Below, piece by piece: positions 52,935 through 64,000 of a stretch of DNA of 64,000 bases. Origin of the DNA: Vicugna vicugna (taxonomy: Eukaryota); contig MU058844.1 of NCBI GenBank assembly GCA_013265495.1, positions 6,819,260-6,883,259 on the forward strand. The letters are read 5' to 3'. The translations under genes were made by a program, and so were the position numbers. Numbering within the stretch: position 1 is the stretch's first letter; every line of letters begins with the position of its first letter. The notes beneath the pieces are model-generated. The model saw only the letters and a program-made list of their open reading frames with translations, ran no database searches and was not told the origin of the DNA.

Positions 52935-54812
52935 CTTATAAATGCAATTTATGTTATGCAACTCATACAACAATTTAGATTAAGTAGACACTCATGATCA
53001 AAATCAACACAAAAGTAAATAAAAAACCCAAAGGCATAAAGAAGTTGAAATTTCAACTGGAAATCCATCTTACAAAAAAAACGCTCCAGTCACAGATGGT
53101 GGATCTGTGGTGGATTTGCTCAAGTAGTTAATTTTACACAATCTTGTTCATAAAATAAAGGATGTTGAGAACTTTCCCCAATTCATTTTATGAGGCTAGT
53201 ATTACTTGATTAAAACCTTATAAAGTCATAATTTTTTTAAACAACAGACCAATGTCCTATAGGAAAGTAGAAACAAAAATTCCCTAAATATACTAGAAAA
53301 TAGAACCTAGATATAATGAAGAATAAAACATAAGCAGCTGTGATATATCCCATAAGTGCAAAGTAGGTTTAAAATTTAAACATTAGTTAATATGATCTAT
53401 TACAATAACAATATAAAGCAGAAAACAACAGATGACCAAAAAAAAATTTGTAAAATTCTACACATTATGAGGAAAACTCTCTGCAAAATAAGAACAAAAG
53501 AGAACCTTCTTAGACGTTGTTTAAAAGACATTATCATAAACCTGTAGCTATCATCAGACTTAATGATACTCACATAAGATCAAGAAAAAGACATGGATTT
53601 CAATCTTCTTACTTTTATTCAACATTTTATTTGGAGGTCTACTCAGTACAATATGGCAAGAAAAATAAGTAAAAACCAGATAGTCAGACAAGATGATCGT
53701 ATAGGAAGAAGACCTTAAAAAAATCTCCCAAATAGCTACCAGCTTTAATAAGGAGGCAGTATAAAAGGTCAAAATATAAAATTTAATTGTATGTCTGTAT
53801 ACTAGCAATCAAAAACAGGAAAATAAAAGTGGACTATTTATAATAACATTCAAAAACATGAAGTACTTAGGAATAAACTTAACAAAGATGTATATAAAAG
53901 TTACCAAAGATAAATAACAAAATCGATAGAGGTATATATTTATGTCTTCAAAGACTCAATATTGCTGAAATATCAATTTCCCCAAGTTGATCTACAGATT
54001 AAATGCATTCCTAATCAAAATCCTAGCAGGCTTTTTTTGGGGGGGGGATTAATATAATAATTGACAAATGTAAAAGAATATGCAGAGGCTTAGAACAGCC
54101 AAAATAATTTTGAAAAAGAATGACGTTGGATCATTTACATTGCCTTATATTAGAACTGACAAAGGTACAGTAACCAAGAAAGTGTGCTGTGACCTAAAGA
54201 TGAATGAATGGACCAAATGAACAAGAGTCCACAAAGAGAATTACAGTTATCTAGTTACTTAAGGAAAATGTAAACATATGTCCTATAATTGAACCCCTCG
54301 TGACATTAATGAACTCCTCATGACATTAACATTAATAGTAGCTTCATTCATAATAACCCAAACCAGGAAATAATACAATTGTCCATCACAGTAAATTAAT
54401 AAACAAATTGTGTTATATCTATACTGTGGAATACAACTCAGCCAAAAAGAGAAAAAAAAAAAAAAGGAACAAATGACCAATTCATGCTATAACACATTGA
54501 ATCTAAAAAATATTATGCTAAGCAAAAAAGACAGAAAAAAGAGTATTTATTGTATGATTCTATTTATATGAAGTTCTAGGACTGGCAACATTAATATTTA
54601 ATGACATAAGGCAGATCAGTGGTTTCTTGGGGATAGTAGTGTGATCAGGTTAAAGTGAGGGAGTCACAAGAGAACTTCTGGGCTGAAAATCCTTGTCTTT
54701 ATCTTGATTGTGATGTTCAATACACTGGTGAATAAGGCTGTTAAATCTGATCAAACTGTCCAGTTATCTTGGATGTATTTTATTGTATGCAAATTGTACT
54801 TCAGTAAAGTTA
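52935..54812 (+). mobile_element. Ancient L1ME (ORF2 RT region through 3'UTR)
   Basis: cttcccaattcattttatgaggctagtatt; aagactcaatattg...gttgatctacagattaaatgc; 3' end ttattgtatgcaaattgtacttcagtaaagtt. Confidence 0.8.
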
Positions 54813-57294
54813 GAATAAGAGAAAGTTGCAAAAATTACATACCTAAGTCTAGCCTCACCTTGCTTGTTGATCTATCTGCTCATCACCTATTTCAAACTTT
54901 TGACTATATTACTATTTTTCACCAAACTTTCCAAAAATTTTAGTGCCACTCTTTTATCATAATTTTTCTTGTCATGTTGATCAGTCTTTTACTTTTGATA
55001 TTTAATGCACTGTACCTTTATTCTCTAGAACAGAGTTTATAAATAAATCTGATGCCTCTATTTTTCATATTTACCTCTTTCTGTGTGTATGCAGTACAGA
55101 TGACCATAATTTCTACTGACATACTTCAATTCATAGTATGACAAATTCCAGGGAACCCAGAAATCAGAGTAGAATGATATCTATTTATGTACATAGAAAC
55201 CTGCATTCAGGTGATGGTACTATTATTTTTTAATTTAATTTGCTGAAAAATGATTAAACCAGTTGGTGCTATATCTTCTTCCCTACTAAACCTACATTTC
55301 CAAACTAGGTAATAATTTATTTTATTTCCTTTTAGATATTTGACTTTAATAATGACCATCACAACCATAACTATCACAGCCATCATAGCTAATATTACCA
55401 ACATGTTGTGCCAGGCACTGTGCAAATATCTTCTTTTTTGCTTTCTTTTTTTTTCTTTGCTTTCTTTAGTATTTTCACATGAACTTTTTATTTGTAAATC
55501 ATAGTCCAAATTAGTGGGACTCATCTCATTTTTTTCATTTCATGCAAGAATTTCCTCGTTATGGCTACTTTCTAATCTATGTCTGTAAGATTAAAAGGAA
55601 TATCCCTAGAGTATAAAAATAATAAACATATAAAAGCCATAGTAAAAATAAGATACCCTGATCTAAATCCTTATGTTTGAACATAATAGGATTCCACTGC
55701 ATAAAGTAATAGGGTTTTTCTCTGGGCCTAGGAAATTTTTTTTGTAAAGAAGACGTGCTTGCACAGAATTTTGACTTAAAATACAAGTTAATTGGGCTCT
55801 TTAAGAACGTCTCATGGCATGCCTTCCTACAATTCCTCCTCTAAGTTGACTCATAAGGCATGTAGAAGAAATGTTAAGAAATTCATCTTAGACTCAAAGC
55901 TGTGATTTTGATGTATAAACTTTCATAAAAGCATTTACATGTTTGTTCCCCAGGCTGAAAAACATCTAAAAAGCCAGCCAAAGTTCTTGTTAGCCAGCAA
56001 AATAAAATGCAATGTTTATTTACAGTTATCAGAGTAGACAGTTTGTACCTATTCTCAAAGCTGCTGTAAGAACGGGAGAGTGTGTGCATATCCTAATGGA
56101 TGTCATGGGAGTTTAGAGGAACGTTGCCAGTTTATCAGAGGAGACACTGCTGACCCTGTAAAGGTGAAAGCTGGGAACAGAACAGGGATAGAGCAGGCTG
56201 CTTGCTCAGGAGAATGGATGCACGAGGGAAAGCATCTAACTATACAGATGCAGAAGGGAATACGTGAAAGAGATTCAAGTTTCTGCCTAAAAATAACACA
56301 TAGAGCTCTCGCCACAGGCCTTTACAACTTCAGTCCTTCAAGTGACTTAAAAATCAACTTGAACTGAGCTCCCCATAACTGACTTACTCTAAACCCAACT
56401 TAACTTTACTGGACTTCAGTCAGGGACTATCTGTAAAACATATTGTACATAATCACAATTTAGTACATAAAATGATAAGATAGTCCCCACAAGAGACAGA
56501 TTTGGTTTGAACCGTAATGTTCAGTGATTCATTTAAATTATAATGGCCTCTGACAGTGAAAGATTATGAGTTTTATAATAGTTCTTGAAAAATCTTGTAT
56601 TTATTCTTTACATACGCAATCCAGATTACTGACTGGGTATTTAATGACCATAGTCTCAGACAGTCTCAGCTGTGATTCCAGGAGTCAATGAAAATATAAT
56701 TACTTCCATCCTGGCAAGATGAAATTGCTAGGGGGGCATCATTTAGGGAGGCATCAAGCTAACTGTTTTCTCAAAGAGAGTAAAAGGATATGAGTGGAGT
56801 CAAGTGCATACGGACCTCCAAAGACAGCCATCCTCCCTCAAAACAGAAAAAAAAAAAAAAGAAAAGAAAGAAAAAGCTGGTACTTTAAAGTACACACATC
56901 ACACATACATGGGGCAAAACTTCAGGCTAAAGGAAGTGAATGACTGACTGGAAGGGAGGAGGGAGTATTTGATATAGGCAGTAAGTAACCCCTGGGTGTC
57001 ATTTGCCAAAGTATTTTCGTCGAAATACATACCCTGCGAGATGTTCTTTGAATAGGATTTCCCGTTAAATGTGTTGGGTAAACTACACAATATATTTCTC
57101 TTACTGATGCAAAATATCTTTAGAATACGTAAGCCTTTGAGTTCCAAAGGACAGGAATGTTTAGCACTTCATTGTTCTACAGTGAGGACATATTTTGGGA
57201 CCTCATATCATAGAATATTTCTTATTTGACAAGGGGAATCTTCCTTGAAGGTTTTACTATTTCTGCTGTTTAAGAGCCCTAATTCAGGAGAGTG

Positions 57295-57735
57295 CATAAA
57301 TGGAATAGTTTAACAATAGAATGTTATATACCCAGGTAAATAAATTATAGCTGCATACACTAATATGAATACAGCTTTCAAGAAAACTTAAGCTATATAT
57401 ATATAAGTCAAAAATGTATATATAGTATAAGTTTATTTATATAAAGTTAAAACAGGCAAACCAGCAATTATGTTATTTAAAGACATACATAGATAATTAA
57501 TACTAAAAAGAAGAGTGATTATCACAAAAGTCAGAATAGTGGTTATCTGTGAGGGGAAGAAGAGAGGCGTGTGATACACCAGAGGCACACGTGTGGAGAA
57601 CAGGAGGACAGAGGATCTTCTAAGGTACTGGAAACATTCTATTTCTCAACCTGGATGATAGTTATATGAATGTTTATCATTATTCTTTATACTGTACATA
57701 TATATTTATATACAGCTTTAGTTTTTAAATATGCA
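57295..57735 (+). mobile_element. L1ME 3' end (L1ME3/4-like)
   Basis: gtgattatcacaaaagtcagaatagtggttatct...ttctaaggtactggaaacattctatttctcaacctggatgatagtta. Confidence 0.75.
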
Positions 57736-59867
57736 TCACATGTGCACACACACACAGGCACACACACGCATACACACAATCAAGCTCTACAGCACAGCAG
57801 CAATAAGGCATTCCTGAGCTGCAAAAGGTGACTTTTCTGAGTATGTAAAGGGGAAAATGAACTGCTCAGAAATATTTCCTAGATTTTTATGGTAGGTATT
57901 AAGAACAAATATAGCTGAAGTTATTGACATATATAATACTGTCATTTAAACTCTAATTGGAACAACTGCAGAAACTGAATAAGCTGGTCAGTAGTTACAT
58001 GAAGTGATACACAGAATGGCATGGAAAAGTATAGAATACAGATCAGTACATGACAAAGAAGATCACGTAATGAAATATAGCCAAGATAATAAAAGAAGTG
58101 TATTTAGACTAGGAATTAGGGCAGAAATGTAAAGCTTTCTGTTAATTATATACTAAAGAAGGGTTTGATTTAATACTGAAAAATATCAGTATAGGAAAAT
58201 TATTATTCAAATACATGAGAGTTGATATAGTCACAAATTTTCTGCAGGAAAAATGACAGCAATCCAATGAAAATTTAGGCAAGTTAGGGGAATTTTTGTC
58301 TTCTCTAATTAACACATAGGAAGAAAAGGAGGGTACTGACCTGAGGGGTTCTTGAATGAGGAATTGAACATAATCAAATCTCCATATTTAATTCTCTCTC
58401 TTTCTTTACTATTTCTGTTTTTATTTTCTCTTTCTCTGAATTTATTATTTTTTTGTTATTTAGGAAATAAGAGGTAGTGGCACGGGAGGGGAGCTGAGAA
58501 TTTCTATGTAATACGTATTATGTATGTATGTAATATATATCACACGTACACATTAACAATTCTTGGCTCTGCTTCTCTTTCCCAAGTGATGTAAGACAGT
58601 TGAGGCTTACGGTGTCCTAGAGAAACCTGTAAACTGATTTCTGTGTGCCTCATCTCTTTACAGGCTCTACCTCCGACCCAGTCATCTGGTGATATCCAAC
58701 CACTGCAGGATTTTACTGTAGCCACTATCACTGTTGTTCCTCTATTTTCTCTTTAGAACACCGACTCCTCTTCATTTACATTTTGTTACTCTCCTGTTTC
58801 CCTGTCTTTATTTAACACTCTAGTCCATCAGCAAATTCTTGCAGTACCACCTCCCAGCCAGCTCTCAGACACTTTACCAAGAACATAGTGAGGTTGATCA
58901 TTGTGTCTCACCTAGGTTATTTCATAGCTTCTAATTTGACTCCCTACAAGATATTTTTGCATTTTCCCTATTGTGTTCTATGTTAGAATAGTATTTATTG
59001 AAAATAATATTAATATGTAATACGATTTTCCTTAGCAATTCTGTGCATCTCCCCATACACACACTTATTTTTGGCAATTACCTTGTAGCCATGTCACAGA
59101 ATGATGCTTGGACTCACTTAACTTAGGCTTTTTTTTTTTTAGTTCTTAATGAGGTTCAGTTTTATATAAAGAAGCAGTCAGGGAAGAACCTCTAGGGACT
59201 TCATATTCTACTGCATCTTCATCCTTGTAAAATGTATTATTAGAAATGATCTTGGTATGTTCTTTTTTAATAAATTACTTAGTATAACCCCTAAGCATAT
59301 CAAGATTCCTTTCAAACTATTTTGATTTGTTATGATTATTATAGCTTAAGTTAAACTCAAAAGTCAGATGGACCTGGAGAATTTTTCCATCTCCCTTTAG
59401 CTTGCCAAGTACTGGCCTAATAAGACTGAGTTAACTCAGCATAAAAATAAAATAACACCTGCTACCTAACTCCAGAGATATCCCTTTCTACAAGGCCATT
59501 TCCTAGATCAAGAATTTCCCATTATACCATAGTATCCTGGATTATCTCTGTATCCTCTCCTTATAGACACAGCACAGAGGAATTCTTTCCTTCGACTTCT
59601 CTATGATGTGTCTACTTCATCTATGTCCTCAGACACAGTATTGAATGTTTGTGTCTCAATTGCCCAACAGTTTCACTAGGCCTTAGCTATTGGCTTTGCT
59701 CTCTCATTCTTTCTCTCTTTACATATAGACACACATAAATCACAAATGCATGTGTAAGAGGTTGTACATTTCTAGACAATCCACTCTCATAGTTTGAATT
59801 TTCTTATTGTCTTACTTTTTATATTGCTTTTATAAAATAAGTATCAGAATTTTCCAAAACAATGGAA

Positions 59868-60965
59868 TTAAAAGATAAGCCACAGATTTGGAGAAAAATA
59901 TTTGCAAAAAATCATATCTAATAAAGGATTTTATCCAAAATATATAAAGAACTCTTAAAACTCAATCATAAGAAAATAGACATGATTTAAAAATGAGCAT
60001 AAGACCTTAACAGATCTTACCAAAGAAGATACACAGAACGCAAAGAAGTATACACAAAGATGCTCCATATCACATGTCATCAAGGAAATGCAAATTAAAA
60101 CAATGAGACACCACTTCACACCTATTAGAATGATTAAAATCCAAAACACTGACACCATCATATGTTGATCAGGATTGTGGAGCAGAGAAACTCTCATTCA
60201 TTGCTGGTGAGAATGCAAAACAGTACAGCTACTTTGGAAGACAGTTTTGTGGTTTCTTACAAAACTAAACTTATCATATGATCTAGCAATTGTGCTCCCT
60301 GGTATTTATCAAAAAGCCAGAAAACTCATGTCCACAAAAAGCTTGCACAAGGATGTTTATAACATATGTATTTATAATAGCCAATACTTGGAAGCAACCA
60401 AGAGGTCCTTAGCAGTGAATGGATAAGTAAACTTTGGTACATCCAGACAATGGGATATTATTCAGTGCTGAAAAGAAATGGCCATCAAGCCATGAAAGGA
60501 CAAGGAGGAAACTTATGTGCATATTAGTAAGTAGAAGCCAATCTGAAAAGGCTACTATATGATTCTAATTAAATGACATTCTGGAAAAGGCAAAACTGTG
60601 GAGGCAAAAGATGAGTGGTTTCCAGAGGTGGGGGAAAGAGAGAAGATAAACAGAGCAGAAAAGATTTTCAGGGCAGTGAAAGTACTCTGCATGATATAAT
60701 GACAAGTATATGTTCTTATACATTTGTCCAAACACATAGAATGTACAGCACCGAGAGTGAACCCTAAAGTAAACCGTGGAATTTTGTAATTATAATGTAT
60801 CAACATAGCATCATCCTTGGTATAAAACATACCACTGTGGTGAGTGCTATTGATAATGGGGGAGCCTATGTACGCAGTAGGGCAGGAAGTATATAGGAAA
60901 TCTCTATACCTTTCTCTTAATTTTATTATAAACCTAAAACTGCTTAAAAATAAAGTCTTAAAAAG
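59868..60965 (+). mobile_element. L1MC1-like 3' end
   Basis: aagccacagatttggagaaaaatatttgc...catttgtccaaacacatagaatgtacagcaccgagagtgaaccctaa...ctaaaactgcttaaaaataaagtc; homologous to 18.3-19.3 kb. Confidence 0.9.
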
Positions 60966-61544
60966 TTTCCAAAAAGTGTGAACTTCTCTGATGACTTAAT
61001 ATTAATAGAGTTTGGTGAGTGCATAGAGGAATACTGTGATAGTAGTAAAAGAAGTAGCATCAAGAGAGAGTTTTTGTTAAGATGAAAGAGATAACAGTAT
61101 GTTTTTATTCTGATGGACAGGTTGATAGATGAAGATGGGCGAAGAACTGCTGAACAAAATGTTTGAACAGACAATAATGGAAAAACATGACTGAATTATT
61201 AATATGTGCAACAACATTTAACAAGCCAACTACAAAAACCTAAAAGGCACTTAAAATAAAGTAAAGCATAATTCTTTCTATTGACTCTAATTTTTGTCTT
61301 AGTAAAAACTATGCCAAAATGTTTTCCTTCACAGCAGGATTTGATGGGCTACCTCTAAGGTAAAGAATAAACACATTTTGAAGATCAGCATTCATGAAAT
61401 AAGAGAAACTAGTACGCTATCCAACTACATTCTGCTTCTGAAGGTGTGCTTCATAGTAATGACTGACCTCAGGGAATTGGGGGAAAATAATTATGATGAA
61501 TTAGTAAAAAGTATGAGCTCTACAAGGACCAAAGTCAGAAGAGT

Positions 61545-61720
61545 CCTTACAGTGCTAAGTGACTTATATGCATTTAACTCAGCACAAAACCCTTATGAAG
61601 TAGTTGTTATCATTCCTGTCTTACTGATGTGGAAATAGAAGTTTAGATGAGTAAGTGACTTGTCCAAGGTCACCAACATTAAGCTGAAGCTGAAACAGGT
61701 GCCCTTAACTCCTGTGCTAC
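61545..61720 (-). mobile_element. MIR SINE
   Basis: acagtgctaagtgac...catttaactcagcacaaaacccttatgaagtag...ttactgatgtggaaa...taagtgacttgtccaaggtcac. Confidence 0.85.
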
Positions 61721-62854
61721 TGGTCTCACTTCCTAATGAGAATCTTTGCTACCTTGACCTTTTAACATCAAGTAATGGCACACAGTGCATTTTTAGTCTT
61801 TAACTTAAAGGCAAGCATGGAGAATAATCCTTCCAATTCCTTTCTATATATCCTTTTTTTTTCTTTTCATCTCTAGCAACTATTTTAAACTTCAAGCTTT
61901 TTCATTAGCCCCATTACAACACCTGGCTGTCTCTTTTATTTGTGGCCTTGTGAATTTTCTCAAAAATGATACCCTGGGCTATTTTTGTGTTTGCAGTATT
62001 GGTAGCAATTGCATTCTTTTTATTTAAGCTGGTTATAAACACAAAGATGCTAATTTGGCCATTCTGTAACTTAACTTATGCAGGAAATGCCTTTTAATGT
62101 TTATCTATATCACTGTGTTGGTAGGAAAGAACAGATACATTTTGTTTCAGTAGATTGTAATGACTCTAGCTGTGACTAAAGGCTAGACAGTCAATATAAA
62201 TATGGAATTCAGTGCTTGAAACTGAGATTCTAGATAATCTGTGGAGAATATACTTATTGTTAATGACAAAATATAGAGGGAATGACTATAGGAATGGAGA
62301 ACAAGATCATTGCAAGGAGTCAAATCACTCTTTATTCTATGTTGGTATTGGGGTTACCAGAAAGTAAAATAAAGTTAATAATGAAGAAAATCATGGTAGT
62401 TTGGAGACAATAGTCTCCACAAAATGAGAGAGCAGTTGCTAGATTACTTCTCCATTGAAAGATAATGATTGACAAGCTATGTGTTTGTAGGAGGAAGCAT
62501 GGTGTATTTGGAGGGGAACATTTTACCACTGGTACAGGGATGCAGGAGAGAACACAACTACCACTGGAGAGGACTGTAGAAGAAGCAGTGTCCTCTCCTG
62601 AGAACAGTTTCTAGTAGACCAAGAAGCTGAAGAAAGTAGAAATCCATAAGACTTTTAAACAGAGGAGGGGTTACCTTTTTCTTTAGTGAAAAGAGGGAGT
62701 TAGACTCAGTGATCTTTAGGCTTACTTCCATAAAACCTGTAATTCTGTAATTCTGCAAGTCAGGTGACCTATTTTATTTTCCAGGGCTTATTAATTGATT
62801 GATTTTCCTGGTGGTCATCCAAGAGTCCTTCTTGTAGTCAAGTACAAAGCCTAG

Positions 62855-63470
62855 TTTATCTAGTCCACTGCTGCCTCTGCTAAAACCCAAGTACAAGCCA
62901 CAGTCATCTCTAACGTAGGCTACCTGTTCTCCCTCAGTCTACCTTTTCCCTTAATATGTCCTCTGAAGCCAGAGTGGTATTCTAGAAATAAAAATATGAT
63001 TGTCATTTCCTAATTTAAAACCCTTTAATCATTCTCAATTGCCCTTTAATGAAAACTAAAATCTTTTATACAGTCTTTTTTAAAGAAAGCTTTAAGTGAT
63101 ATGGTTGCTATCTCTTTATTTAGCCTTAGTCTTGGCTACCTTTCTTGTTAGTCTTAATGCTTTGTTTACAAAAGAATATTTTCCCTCCCTTCAATGTGCT
63201 GTATCCTTTCTTCTTTAATAGTCTCATTTATGCCTTTTCAATTTTATAATGTTCCTATCCTCTATCTATTTTTTGTTCTCAGCTTAAACTTATTAAGCAT
63301 ATTCTTCAGGAATCTTCATGAGTCTCCAGACTAGGTTACAACTAGAAGAATAATTTCATAGCATACCCTACCCAGTTTGTCCCTTTTTAAATTTACATGT
63401 TCAATAGATTTTAGACTGAAAATTCCATTGAGAATATGGTCTATTTTACCTGTTGGTTAAATAAATCAAT
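62855..63470 (+). mobile_element. LINE-2 fragment
   Basis: ccactgctgcc...tacaagccacagtcatctct...agccagagtggtattctagaaa...aaaaccctttaatc. Confidence 0.6.
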
Positions 63471-63914
63471 AGGAAGCATGGACTTACTACAATAACATAA
63501 ACATAAACTTAAAGTTAATCAATTTTCTAGAACTTGATGAAATAACATAATAGAACATAAAAGTGGAATTTTTCTTCAGAACCAAGTAAGACACAATGGT
63601 CCAAAACAACAGGACTAATAACCATAGCAAATATTTTAAATTGGAAGATGCTGTGGTGGACCACCAATAGCAAATAAAGTGAGCAAAAATAGCCCATCAG
63701 ACACCTTGAATATATATAACGGTTGAAGTTAAGTGACCAACATGCTGGAAATGGGGAGTGAGAATTTTTTGGAGAAACCGTGCTCTGTATCACAACACAA
63801 AGAGGTGTTGCTTTCCTTTAGCTCTAGTCAGATGAGAAATGGTTTAAGCCCCATGTGTTGTTTGAGGGGCAGAGTAGACTGGTCTTGGTATTGAAAAGGA
63901 GGAAAGTAGGGGAC

Positions 63915-64000
63915 AAAGGAACTCTCCTACACTGTTGGGAATGTAAATTAGTGCAGCCACTATGGAAAACAGTATGGAGGTTCCTTAAAAAACTAAAAAC
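63915..64000 (+). mobile_element. Start of a young 5'-truncated L1 running off the window end
   Basis: ggaactctcctacactgttgggaatgtaaattagtgcagccactatggaaaacagtatggaggttccttaaaaaactaaaa (ORF2 C-terminus). Confidence 0.9.

Noticed and set aside
56064..56367. Overlapping ORFs and a strong minus-strand acceptor near 56156
   Set aside because: Stops occur in all three frames after the acceptor and the peptides are unrecognised.
62402..62598. Short hairpins (tggagac/gtctcca and ggagaggac/gtcctctcc)
   Set aside because: Stems of 7-9 bp are expected by chance in 64 kb and are too short for a pre-miRNA.
1..64000. Prokaryote-type systems (CRISPR array, operon, defence island) or an intact ERV/viral ORF
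   Set aside because: The sequence is mammalian repeat-rich DNA with no repeat-spacer array, no long ORFs and only solo LTRs.

Overview
This is AT-rich, CpG-depleted mammalian genomic DNA. A tRNA-Ala-derived vic-1-type SINE at about 34.55-34.68 kb and cetartiodactyl-type L1 3' ends point to a camelid (alpaca, llama or camel). I find no supportable protein-coding gene, functional RNA gene or CpG island, so the window reads as deep intron or gene desert. It is built from interspersed repeats (young and old L1, HAL1, L2, MIR, MaLR MLT1 LTRs, ERV1 solo LTRs, MER20 and MER58 DNA transposons) separated by unique stretches that may hold enhancers. Every ORF in the track is either an L1 ORF2 remnant or has no recognisable homology. 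I did not find a credible novel biological system. The best leads are a motif-dense element with a strong minus-strand splice donor at about 10 kb, an inverted pair of young L1s sharing a premature stop codon, and a few candidate minus-strand micro-exons. Repeat names come from recalled consensus sequences, not a database search, and boundaries are approximate.
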